This document shows, one piece after another, positions 35,173 to 43,640 of a stretch of DNA of 50,783 nt. The notes below the pieces were generated by a model. The model ran no database searches. It was given only the letters and a program-made list of their open reading frames with translations, and was not told the origin of the DNA. The translations under genes were made by a program, and so were the position numbers. The stretch is taken from the NCBI GenBank assembly GCA_024279675.1, contig JAJRRG010000011.1:1-50783 (forward strand), given 5' to 3'. Source of the DNA: Alphaproteobacteria bacterium (GTDB lineage: Bacteria > Pseudomonadota > Alphaproteobacteria > Rhizobiales > Devosiaceae). Position 1 is the stretch's first letter. Every line of letters starts with the position of its first letter.

Positions 35173-36746
35173 CATCAGAAAAGGAAAACAAAACCATCAC
35201 AAAAACTGCTGTCATTTACTGCCGCGTTTCCAGTGTCAAACAAAGTAAACAGGGTCATGGCTTAGAATCCCAAGAAACCAGATGCCGCCAATATGCTGAG
35301 CTACAAGGCTATGAAGTTGAAGCTGTATTTCCTGATGATGTTTCTGGTGGCGGGGATTTTATGAAACGCCCCGGCATGGTTGCACTCTTGAGTTACTTAA
35401 AAGCCCAGCCTGATAAAAACTATGTTGTCATTTTTGATGATTTAAAGCGATTTGCTCGCGATACCGAGTTTCATTTTAAGCTGCGGCGCATGTTTGCTGA
35501 ACGTGGCGCGCAAGTTGAATGCCTTAATTTTAAGTTTGAGGATTCGCCAGAAGGTAAATTCATTGAAACCATCATCGCCGCTCAAGGTGAGTTAGAACGC
35601 CAGCAAAATGGCCGTCAGGTAAGCCAAAAGATGCAAGCGCGCATGGCCAAGGGTTATTGGGTGTTTCGCGCACCCATGGGCTATAAATATGAAGATACTA
35701 AGGAACATGGCAAGCTATTGGTAAGAGATGAGCCTATGGCATCTATCATTACCGAAGCCATGGAAGGCTATGCCCTTGGGCGGTTTGAAACCCAATCAGA
35801 GGTTAAGCGTTATTTTGAAAGCCATCCCATATTTCCCAAAAATCAAAGCGGCTATGTTTCCCAACAGAGGGTCGTCGACATTTTTATTCGTCCAATTTAT
35901 GCCGGTTACATTCATCATCAGGATTGGAAACTAAATTGGATCAAGGCCAAGCATGAGCCGCTAGTTTCTCTACAAACTTTTGATGCGATACAAAAACGCC
36001 GAAATGGTTTTGCTAAAGCCCCCATGCGTAAAAATATCAATCATGACTTTCCACTGCGCGGTTTTGTATTATGTGGTGATTGCAACAAGCCCTATACCGC
36101 CTGTTGGTCAAAAGGCCGCCTCAAAAAATATGCCTATTATTTATGTGACACTAAAAACTGTGTCAGCTATCGTAAGTCTATTCCCCGCGATAAAATCGAA
36201 AATGGGTTTGCAGATATTGTGCGCACCCTTCGGCCAACTGATGATTTATTTGCGCTTGCTAAGGTGATGTTCAAGAATGCTTGGGATCAACGCGGCGAGC
36301 AGGCACAAGCTTTAATCCATGCTCTTAAAGCTGAAACAAAGCTGATAGAAAAGCAGATTGAGGGGCTTTTAAACCGCGTTATCAACACAAGCAGCTCAAC
36401 CATGATCGATGCGTATGAGACAAAAATTGAAGGATTAGAGCAACAACGCCGCATTATGAGTGAAAAACTTCAAAATACTGCCCCGCGACAAGGTAGGTTT
36501 GAGGATTTTATCGAACACGCTCTAAATTTTCTCGCAAACCCTTACAAACTATGGGCTTCCGAGCAGTTTAACCACAAGCGAACAGTGCTTAGATTGGCGT
36601 TTTCTGACCGTATCATCTACCACCGTGAAAAAGGTTATCGAACACCTAAAATGTCATTACCTTTCAAGGTGTTAAGTGGTTTTGAGACAGGGGAAATAGA
36701 AATGGTGGGCCCGGTAGGACTCGAACCTACGACCAGACCGTTATGA
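35169..36746 (+). CDS. Large serine recombinase (integrase)
   Basis: AVIYCRVSSVKQ contains the catalytic Ser. It has resolvase and recombinase domains, a zinc ribbon (CGDCNKPYTACWS...YYLCDTKNC) and a coiled-coil. The last 14 codons plus the stop are read antisense through the tRNA gene. Confidence 0.9.
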   Translation: MTSEKENKTITKTAVIYCRVSSVKQSKQGHGLESQETRCRQYAELQGYEVEAVFPDDVSGGGDFMKRPGMVALLSYLKAQPDKNYVVIFDDLKRFARDTEFHFKLRRMFAERGAQVECLNFKFEDSPEGKFIETIIAAQGELERQQNGRQVSQKMQARMAKGYWVFRAPMGYKYEDTKEHGKLLVRDEPMASIITEAMEGYALGRFETQSEVKRYFESHPIFPKNQSGYVSQQRVVDIFIRPIYAGYIHHQDWKLNWIKAKHEPLVSLQTFDAIQKRRNGFAKAPMRKNINHDFPLRGFVLCGDCNKPYTACWSKGRLKKYAYYLCDTKNCVSYRKSIPRDKIENGFADIVRTLRPTDDLFALAKVMFKNAWDQRGEQAQALIHALKAETKLIEKQIEGLLNRVINTSSSTMIDAYETKIEGLEQQRRIMSEKLQNTAPRQGRFEDFIEHALNFLANPYKLWASEQFNHKRTVLRLAFSDRIIYHREKGYRTPKMSLPFKVLSGFETGEIEMVGPVGLEPTTRPL

Positions 36747-36779
36747 GCGGTCGGCTCTAACCAACTGAGCTACAGGCCC
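36703..36779 (-). tRNA. tRNA with CAT anticodon (elongator Met, or Ile2/lysidine type)
   Basis: I folded the reverse complement by hand: GGGCCTG-TA-GCTC-AGTTGGTTA-GAGC-C-GACCG-CTCATAA-CGGTC-TGGTC-GTAGG-TTCGAGT-CCTAC-CGGGCCC-ACCA (77 nt). All four stems pair. It is not initiator-like. C4:G69/C5:G68 and the Ile-like 5' half leave Ile2 possible. Confidence 0.9.
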
Positions 36780-36940
36780 ACACAATATATCGCGCGATGC
36801 AAAAAACAGCGCGCGCATGCCTGTTACCCGAAACATAAGGGTCGCGTCAAAGCAAAAATGAATTTCTCTTATATGCCCTAAATTAAACGCAAATAGGCAC
36901 CACAAACCCGAACAATCATTCTCTCCAAAGGAATTCTCCC

Positions 36941-37678
36941 ATGCCTCGTCCTGTCCTGTCTTTACTCGTTTCTGCGGTGTTCGCACTGATGGTTATTTCA
37001 CCCGCGCAAGCGCAAACTATTCAGACACCAAGCACCATTTCCCTGACCGGATATGGCGAGGTTTCCGGGGCTCCAGATATGGCGATCATAAGTTCGGGTG
37101 TGGTAACACACGGCGCAACGGCCCGTGACGCACTGGATGCCAATACCACCGCCATGAATGAAATTTTTGCCATTCTTCTTGGGGCAAATATTGCGCAAAA
37201 AGATATTCAGACATCGGGATTTTCTGTGCAACCCCAATATCAATATTCTGACATCCGCGATACCAATGGCTACCCCCTGCCCCCGCGCATTCTAGGCTAT
37301 CAGGTTTCCAATATGCTGAGCGTTAAAGTGCGCAATCTAGATGATTTGGGTCAATTGCTCGATAGTTCAGTCAGTGTGGGTGCCAACCAGATCAATTCGA
37401 TTTCCTTTGCTGTCACAGATACCACCCCTTTGCTCAATGACGCACGCCGTGCCGCCATGCTCGACGCCATCGCCAAGGCAGAACTTTACACGCAGGCCGC
37501 AGGGGTAAACCTTGGCAATATCATTGCAATATCAGAGGGCAGTCCCAACTTCGCCCCTCAACCTGACATGGTAGTGATGTCACGCATGGCCGAGTCTTCT
37601 TCATTCGTTCCCGTTGCCGCCGGTGAATTGAGCTTTTCCAAACAGGTTTCAGTGGTTTGGGAACTGATACAAGAATAA
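36941..37678 (+). CDS. SIMPL-domain (DUF541/BP26-like) periplasmic protein
   Basis: Signal peptide present. LTGYGEVSGAPDMAIISSGV, GYQVSNMLSVKVRNLD and SVGANQINSISF are typical SIMPL segments. Confidence 0.8.
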   Translation: MPRPVLSLLVSAVFALMVISPAQAQTIQTPSTISLTGYGEVSGAPDMAIISSGVVTHGATARDALDANTTAMNEIFAILLGANIAQKDIQTSGFSVQPQYQYSDIRDTNGYPLPPRILGYQVSNMLSVKVRNLDDLGQLLDSSVSVGANQINSISFAVTDTTPLLNDARRAAMLDAIAKAELYTQAAGVNLGNIIAISEGSPNFAPQPDMVVMSRMAESSSFVPVAAGELSFSKQVSVVWELIQE

Positions 37679-37698
37679 AACACAGGCAAAATACAAGG

Positions 37699-38508
37699 TT
37701 ACGTCAGCGCCTGCCACAACATGCGAGAACCCACGATAAGCAGGAACGCACCAAAGGCACGTTTGAGGTGTTTCTGCTCCAATCGATGGGCCAGCGCTGC
37801 CCCAAAAGGCGCAATACTCGCCGCCATAATCCCAATCACCAGCATCGCAGGAATGTTGACATAGCCTAGAGATAAAGGCGGACGCCCTGTAACATCCCAT
37901 CCCGATATTATAAAACCGATGGTAGCTGGCACCGCAAGCAACACCCCAAGGGCTGCGCTCGTTCCCACCGCCTTGTGCATAGAATTACCAAACGCCACCA
38001 AAGTTGGCACGCTCAATGATCCACCGCCAATCCCCATCAGCGCCGAGATGTAGCCAATAAAAGCCGCGCTAATTCGATTGGTTACAACGGAACCGCCTAA
38101 CTTTGCCATCAGGTTTCTTTGCACAGGCAAAATGATATTGAACGCCACGAACAGTGCCACCACGCCAAAAATAATACGTAATATATCGCCGGAAAACATG
38201 CGTGCCATCAACCCGCCAACAAGCGCTGCTCCAACAATAAATGGCCCCCACATTTTCAGCACATCAACCATCACAGCCCCGCGTGAATGGTGTGCCCGGG
38301 CGCTTGCTAATCCCGTTGCAATGATCACCGCCAACGATGTACCTACCGCCACATGGTGATAGACATTTGGACTAAGCCCGATAATTTCAAACGCAACTGC
38401 CATGGCAGGCACCATCACAATGCCACCACCTACGCCGAGCAGCCCCGCCATAAGACCCGCCAACGCCCCCGCCGCCAATAATCCGATGATCAACGGCAGA
38501 TATTCCAT
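37699..38508 (-). CDS. TauE/SafE-family anion exporter membrane protein
   Basis: Polytopic, Gly-rich TM protein (GLLGVGGGIVMVP; GIGGGSLSVP). I prefer the start at MEYLPL (38508) to the longer ORF start at 38547. Confidence 0.8.
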   Translation of the reverse strand: MEYLPLIIGLLAAGALAGLMAGLLGVGGGIVMVPAMAVAFEIIGLSPNVYHHVAVGTSLAVIIATGLASARAHHSRGAVMVDVLKMWGPFIVGAALVGGLMARMFSGDILRIIFGVVALFVAFNIILPVQRNLMAKLGGSVVTNRISAAFIGYISALMGIGGGSLSVPTLVAFGNSMHKAVGTSAALGVLLAVPATIGFIISGWDVTGRPPLSLGYVNIPAMLVIGIMAASIAPFGAALAHRLEQKHLKRAFGAFLLIVGSRMLWQALT

Positions 38509-38608
38509 CAATATTGTCACGTAAAAATCCCCAAAAACTTGCCCCAAGCGCTTACGCGCGCATCGGGTTTCAACCCGACGTTACTTACTCCAAATTATTA
38601 TCTTATAT

Positions 38609-39100
38609 TTATTGCCCTGCACCATTTTGCAAAAACAATGCAAGCACCGGATCACGTCGTTCAAGCGGGGCAACACACACAACATCCACCGCGATCTTAC
38701 CTTCAGCATTCTTGATATCCGTGCGCGCGCCAGCTTCCAGCAAAAGCGCCACTATGTCTGTGTTGCACCACGCCGCCGCCGTATGCAATGCCGTGCGCCC
38801 TTCCCGTGAAATAGCATTCAAATCGACATCGGCCAGCACCAAACGTTGCACAACGTCCAGACCACCCTTGGCCCCCGATGCAACATAAAGTAAACTATCT
38901 CTGCCATTGAAAATATTTGGGTCGCCCCCTTCCGCCAAATATTGCCCCAGTCGATTGGCATCATTATCCCTTACTATTGAAAATATCGGGTGCTCATTCT
39001 CGCCCCCTGGCTGACACCCCACAAGTATCAAGGTGAACAAAACAATCAAGCCAGTCCGCAAAAGCATTCCAATATAGTCCATTTTGATTTTCTGTCCCAT
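38609..39100 (-). CDS. Ankyrin-repeat lipoprotein
   Basis: The ATG at 39100 has a GGGAGA SD. A lipobox LILVGC is present, followed by ankyrin repeats (GRTALHTAAAWCNTDIVALLLEAGA). Confidence 0.75.
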   Translation of the reverse strand: MGQKIKMDYIGMLLRTGLIVLFTLILVGCQPGGENEHPIFSIVRDNDANRLGQYLAEGGDPNIFNGRDSLLYVASGAKGGLDVVQRLVLADVDLNAISREGRTALHTAAAWCNTDIVALLLEAGARTDIKNAEGKIAVDVVCVAPLERRDPVLALFLQNGAGQ

Positions 39101-39104
39101 CAAC

Positions 39105-39542
39105 CTATCTCCCAATGATTTGCATGACCACCTGACGATGGTGGGGGTGCGAACGATGTTCAAATAAATATATCCCCTGCCATGTACCAAACATAGCCTG
39201 ACCCGCATCAACAGGAATACTCAATGATGTTGCAGTTAAAGCAGACTTGATATGAGCCGGCATATCGTCAGGCCCCTCACAAGTATGCTTGATCCAATCC
39301 AAGCCCTCTGGCACCAGACGCGCAAAAAACTCTTTCATATCCCGGCGCACATCCCTGTCCGCATTTTCCTGAATAACCAGCGAAGCAGAAGTATGCCGAC
39401 AAAAAACGTTCAACACCCCTTGGGTAAATCCACTTTGCGCGACAAAATAATTTGCCTGTTCTGTAAACTCATAAAGCCCCTGCCCATCGGTCAAGATTTC
39501 GTGAATGTCTTGTACCATATCCATATCAGATATCGTCCCCAT
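39105..39542 (-). CDS. YjbQ/UPF0047-family protein (secondary thiamine-phosphate synthase-like)
   Basis: CRHTSASLVIQENAD, DDMPAHIKSAL and FGTWQGIYLFEHR match the family signature. Confidence 0.8.
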   Translation of the reverse strand: MGTISDMDMVQDIHEILTDGQGLYEFTEQANYFVAQSGFTQGVLNVFCRHTSASLVIQENADRDVRRDMKEFFARLVPEGLDWIKHTCEGPDDMPAHIKSALTATSLSIPVDAGQAMFGTWQGIYLFEHRSHPHHRQVVMQIIGR

Positions 39543-39834
39543 GCGTGGGCATCAAATCGACCAGTTTCACTTTTTCAAACTTGCGCAACCATCGACCTGA
39601 AACAGCGCGAAATGGTAGAGGGTTGAGATAGTGCAAACGCTCTCGCCCCACACGACGCGACACAACCAACTCCGCCTTTTCAAGGATCGCCATATGCTTG
39701 GCAACGCCCTGACGTGACACCTACAAGCCAACGGCCAAAGCGGACAAGGATTGCCCCGAAGATGCATATATACGCTCTAAAAGCGTGCGCCGTGTGACGT
39801 CCGCCAGCGCCTGAAAAACCAGATTACTGTCCAT
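39526..39834 (-). pseudogene. ArsR/SmtB-family HTH regulator interrupted by an in-frame TAG (39721-39723)
   Basis: My hand translation from the ATG at 39834 is MDSNLVFQALADVTRRTLLERIYASSGQSLSALAVGL*VSRQGVAKHMAILEKAELVVSRR... The stop sits inside the wHTH recognition region. Confidence 0.7.
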
Positions 39835-39850
39835 ATTGCTTGTAGCTTAG

Positions 39851-39866
39851 GCAACTATACAGTTGC
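39851..39866. promoter_or_regulatory. 6-4-6 palindrome upstream of the ArsR gene (candidate operator)
   Basis: GCAACT-ATAC-AGTTGC lies 17 nt upstream of the ArsR start codon. Confidence 0.35.
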
Positions 39867-39966
39867 GCGTCAAGGGTGTTTTTTGAACCCTAACACCCAC
39901 TGAATCATCAAATGAGCAATTCATCCTAAGTGATTCTAAATATTAGAAAATTCACGCGACACCACT

Positions 39967-40671
39967 TTAACTCTGACCCAACCACGTTAAAGAACGGGTT
40001 AAAAACGCTTTCCCGTTTTCGTGCTGCCATTGTCCATGAGCCATAATCACCTGAGTAGGGTCACGCGCCAAAAGCCTATCCCTTGCCGCGCGTGCCGCCT
40101 TCTTTTTAAAAAAACTTGAGCGCCATTCCAGTGGTGCTTTACCCTCTAAAATACCCCAAAATTTCGCACCCCAAACCTGCCAACCCTTCCAATATTCAGT
40201 CACAAATTCATGTGAAAAATTTTCCGACAAGTCCGCAAGAATTGCGGTTGACGAAGGGGCATGAAAAAACACCAATTCATCCATCGCTGGCGAACCCGTA
40301 AAATGGAAAATCTCAATCACATCCCCCCAACTTTTAGGTGCATTTTCACTCAAGGCCGATTCAAAATTCAGGCCCTTGCATTTAGCGATTGTAGAAGCCG
40401 GCCCCCAAAGCAATGCATCACGAAATGCATCCCCCCAAACTTGCAAAAATAGATAGTGGATTTTGTTGGGGCTAACCAAATGAGCCATCACCCCCAACGC
40501 TTCGACTTCGATCCTTAGTTCATCGTCAAGCGCGATAGGTGACCAGACCCATAGCTTCCCATCGGGCAACCGAACAATAATCATTCGCGTCGAATAGGCA
40601 AAGCCATAAAAATCGACATTGCCACCCTCACAAAGCCATATGTCCTTGCCAATGGATTGAAGTCTGTTCAT
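39967..40671 (-). CDS. DUF4336-family (metallo-beta-lactamase-fold-like) protein
   Basis: From MNRLQSIGKDIWLCEGGNVDFYGFAYSTRMIIVRL...LVSPNKIHYLF...ILADLSENF. I prefer the start at 40671 to the longer ORF start at 40773. Confidence 0.75.
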   Translation of the reverse strand: MNRLQSIGKDIWLCEGGNVDFYGFAYSTRMIIVRLPDGKLWVWSPIALDDELRIEVEALGVMAHLVSPNKIHYLFLQVWGDAFRDALLWGPASTIAKCKGLNFESALSENAPKSWGDVIEIFHFTGSPAMDELVFFHAPSSTAILADLSENFSHEFVTEYWKGWQVWGAKFWGILEGKAPLEWRSSFFKKKAARAARDRLLARDPTQVIMAHGQWQHENGKAFLTRSLTWLGQS

Positions 40672-40873
40672 GGGTTCTCTCCCCTTTTTACAACAAGACG
40701 TGGGGTGAGGAGTTGAATTAATCAAGTACGATCGCCAAAATACAATCTCGCAAAACAGGCCATTGCCAAACAAAGGGAGTACTCACCTTAGCGATTTGAT
40801 AGACTCTTTACTTTTCACTTCCAAATGGTGCAGTTACAAATATATTCACGAATTCATTTTAGGAGAGCTAATT

Positions 40874-41383
40874 GTGTTACGCATTCTTTCATTCAGCTGT
40901 TTTTTATTTTTGGGCCTAAGCCAAGCAAGCGCTCAGCAGGTTATCGGATCAATTACCGGCGTTATTGATGGGTTTGAAAGGGTTTGGTATGTCACTGAAA
41001 TGGACGCAAATTCCCGCAGTCTGTGGACTGATAGATCGCCGGTTACAAACGTGCAAATCTTTGGCCATGTCAGCGAAAACACAATCACGGATAAAGCCGA
41101 CGGACTAAGCATCACTTTTGATATGCAGGACGGTGAAGTGGTTATCCCAACCATCTTCATCTCGTTTATAGATGCTTCGGTAGAGGGCGATTATGTCGCC
41201 GCTTTTGTTGACACCAATATTATTGAACTGACCACAAACACGATGCTGGATGGTAGGCTACAGCTTGAAGGTAGCTTTGTGACAACGATGATGTATAGCG
41301 AAAATTTTGGCATGTCGCTCGACCCAGAAAACACCAAAGACATCGAAGCTGTTTTCACTGTCGACATTAGACAACGTCGGTAA
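40874..41383 (+). CDS. Hypothetical secreted protein
   Basis: The GTG at 40874 has an AGGAGA SD 7 nt upstream. Signal peptide: LRILSFSCFLFLGLSQASA. Confidence 0.5.
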   Translation: MLRILSFSCFLFLGLSQASAQQVIGSITGVIDGFERVWYVTEMDANSRSLWTDRSPVTNVQIFGHVSENTITDKADGLSITFDMQDGEVVIPTIFISFIDASVEGDYVAAFVDTNIIELTTNTMLDGRLQLEGSFVTTMMYSENFGMSLDPENTKDIEAVFTVDIRQRR

Positions 41384-41469
41384 AGTTTTTTTTACCAAGC
41401 AACCCTAGCACCATCACCTTCACACGCTATATTCTGATGATCCAGCGCGTCGCGTCTGCGATGCTGTGG

Positions 41470-41605
41470 TAATAAAGCGCAAGGACTAAGTTTCCCATCA
41501 TGCAACCGCACAATAATCATCCCCGTTGAACAGGCAAAGCCATAAAATCGACATTGCCACTTCGCAAAGCCAAATGTCCTTGCCGAGGGATTGAAGTCTA
41601 TTCAT
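41470..41605 (-). pseudogene. Degenerate 5' fragment of a DUF4336 paralogue (start codon region plus ~45 codons, with indels)
   Basis: 41489-41617 aligns by eye with 40548-40684 of the intact gene, including the ATG context (TTCATGGGTT). It carries single-nt deletions. Confidence 0.6.
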
Positions 41606-41621
41606 GGGTTTGTCCCCAAGA

Positions 41622-42233
41622 CTAAACCAGTCGCACGGGTTGCCGCAGGACAGTCTTTAACTTTTCCGGTGCCGTGCGTCGCGGGTCATTGAGGTAAATT
41701 TCGTGGTGATACCCATTCTCGACAAGCCCGTTGGCTGGAATAAATTCCTTATGCATGCGCGCAATTGTTGGTGCCTCATCCGCATAGGGGCCGATATGCA
41801 TTATCTGCACGCATTTCCCCTCCTCAAACATTCCCATGCGCAAACTATCAGGCTGTTCCCCCAGCTTGCTTATGGCCTTGGCAACGCCCTCTTCAAACAA
41901 ATCCTCATTGGTCCAATCGGGCAAATGTATCATCATGCGCCATTTCCACTTATCCCGGTTGCCGTTGACGAAATCATCCATATCATCGGCCCACCAAAGG
42001 CCCTCCAAAGGCGCCGCAACAAAATCCTTACCCATCTTCTTCTTGGCAATAAACTTAATCGGATAGATGGTTGAATATAGCCATTGCACGGCTTTCATAT
42101 AAACCTCATGCCCCGGATCACCCTGCCCATCAATCATGGCAAACTTGAAATTTGGCACATCAACCACGCTAAAATCCTTGTGTGTGGGTTGATAAAGTTC
42201 CTTAAGCATTTTCTTAATATCGGTCTTTTCCAT
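41622..42233 (-). CDS. GyrI-like small-molecule-binding domain protein
   Basis: From MEKTDIKKMLKELYQP...MIDGQGDP...PLEGLWWADDM...HHEIYLNDPRRTAPEKLKTVLRQPV. The longer listed ORF (to 42608) overlaps the PadR gene and I reject it. Confidence 0.8.
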   Translation of the reverse strand: MEKTDIKKMLKELYQPTHKDFSVVDVPNFKFAMIDGQGDPGHEVYMKAVQWLYSTIYPIKFIAKKKMGKDFVAAPLEGLWWADDMDDFVNGNRDKWKWRMMIHLPDWTNEDLFEEGVAKAISKLGEQPDSLRMGMFEEGKCVQIMHIGPYADEAPTIARMHKEFIPANGLVENGYHHEIYLNDPRRTAPEKLKTVLRQPVRLV

Positions 42234-42246
42234 AACACTATCCTTT

Positions 42247-42822
42247 TTACTCTGGTTTGATTTCCATATAATCGGCGGTTCGTTTGATCCATTCCGCCTC
42301 AGCCTGCAAATGGGAAAGGGAATAATCAAACAATGCTTCAACGAAATCCGGCAAGGGCTGCTGATTAAATTGAATGGCCTCCAGCCGCACCAATTCTTTA
42401 GCGACAACCTCCCCCCGCGCGCGCAAGGCCGCGACCCCAGAACTTCGCTCCAACATGGGCCAGTGGGCCATGCCCAACAGTACAGACGAATGAGCAGGGC
42501 GCACATCCCGAAGCGCATCAAGGGATTGTTCCGATAATACCTGAAAACCTTTAGGGGTCGTTGAGTAGGTTTTCTTAGCCTTTGCTCCATCGGGTTTTTT
42601 GGCCGCAACCAGCCCTACCTTTTCCAACTTTCCAAGCACAAAATAAATCGAAGAAAACCCGATTTGCGTCCACTCACGCATCCCCCGCTGCTCAATCACT
42701 TGCTCCAACTCATACCCGTGACGGGGCATTTCGGAAACAAGTCCAAGTAATAGCAATTCCGCATCGGTCAGATTTTTTACACGCCCATTGTCTTTACGGG
42801 TGGCTGAAGTATCAGTTTTCAT
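42247..42822 (-). CDS. PadR-family transcriptional regulator
   Basis: LLLLGLVSEMPRHGYELEQVIEQRGMREWTQIGFSSIYFVLGKLEKVGLV is a typical PadR wHTH. It lies immediately upstream of the GyrI-like gene. Confidence 0.85.
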   Translation of the reverse strand: MKTDTSATRKDNGRVKNLTDAELLLLGLVSEMPRHGYELEQVIEQRGMREWTQIGFSSIYFVLGKLEKVGLVAAKKPDGAKAKKTYSTTPKGFQVLSEQSLDALRDVRPAHSSVLLGMAHWPMLERSSGVAALRARGEVVAKELVRLEAIQFNQQPLPDFVEALFDYSLSHLQAEAEWIKRTADYMEIKPE

Positions 42823-42928
42823 ATTCTAGTACTAGGATACATTTACAAATCAAGTCAACCTTGAGTAAAACAATCCTATAACGTGCCATTTTTCTTGTGT
42901 AACTTAGGGCAAGTATTAGGAGAATTTA

Positions 42929-43627
42929 ATGAACACCGGCATCACCAAATTTCTATTTATTTGCACCCTTGTATGTGGCGTATTCACAAGCCCGGCGTTC
43001 GCTCAAGGTACCACACCCGACCTCAAGCTTGATTTCATCACTGTCGATGAATTACCCCAAGGCCGCAAAGTGTTGATAAACACTGGTTATGCCCTAAAAT
43101 TTAACGTGCCCGTACCGGAAGCATTTTCAATTTTTGTGCCTGAAGTTGAAGGAATAACAGCATTCCCTGAAACAGCCGATAGTCCGGATGTTCCCCTGTT
43201 CAAAGTGACTTATGTTGGCAAAGATTCAGAAAATCCAGACAATATTTTCCTGGTTGAAAACATTATGTTCTTTAATATGGACATTGCCCTAGGGCCGTTA
43301 GAAAAAAGAATAAATGAGTTGGGTCAATTTCTGGCTCAGCAGGTATTTCCATCGATCACGTCATCTTTTGAACAAGCGAATTACATCGGTGGCGGTGCGA
43401 TTAAAATCGGCGAACTTGATGCGGTTGAGATCATCGGCTCCTATCAGGACCCACAAAATGGCGAAATGGGTGTACGTATTGTAGGTGTGCTGCACCCCAA
43501 CAGCGCTGATGGCGTTTTCTCAATTTCAAACATTGTTACAAAATTCTATTCCCTCACCGGCCCCAATGATTTGGCCCTTACAACAACGGCGGCGCTTATG
43601 CGTGAATTTACATATCTGGGAAACTAA
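42929..43627 (+). CDS. Hypothetical secreted protein, paralogue of 45333-46064
   Basis: Signal peptide FICTLVCGVFTSPAFAQ. The C-terminal half aligns with the other copy (IGELDAVEIIGSY...VRIVGVLHPNSADGVFSISNIV versus IGDMDAIDAVGKY...VRITGFVNPDGVDAVYSVVNLV). Confidence 0.6.
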   Translation: MNTGITKFLFICTLVCGVFTSPAFAQGTTPDLKLDFITVDELPQGRKVLINTGYALKFNVPVPEAFSIFVPEVEGITAFPETADSPDVPLFKVTYVGKDSENPDNIFLVENIMFFNMDIALGPLEKRINELGQFLAQQVFPSITSSFEQANYIGGGAIKIGELDAVEIIGSYQDPQNGEMGVRIVGVLHPNSADGVFSISNIVTKFYSLTGPNDLALTTTAALMREFTYLGN

Positions 43628-43640
43628 GGCGCAACAAAAA

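Larger units (their letters stand above)
7383..36708. mobile_element. Integrated mobilizable element (~29.3 kb) at tRNA(CAT), with a large serine recombinase, MobC/relaxase and T4CP but no T4SS
   Basis: The 9-bp direct repeat AAATGGTGG sits at both ends. The cargo is plasmid/ICE-type. The recombinase abuts the tRNA and the flanks are ordinary chromosomal genes. The region looks AT-richer by eye, but I did not compute this. Confidence 0.6.

Noticed and set aside
41622-42608. The long 328-aa version of the GyrI-like ORF
   Set aside because: Its first 125 codons overlap the PadR gene in another frame and are Arg/Cys/Trp-rich. The GyrI-like homology begins at the ATG at 42233.
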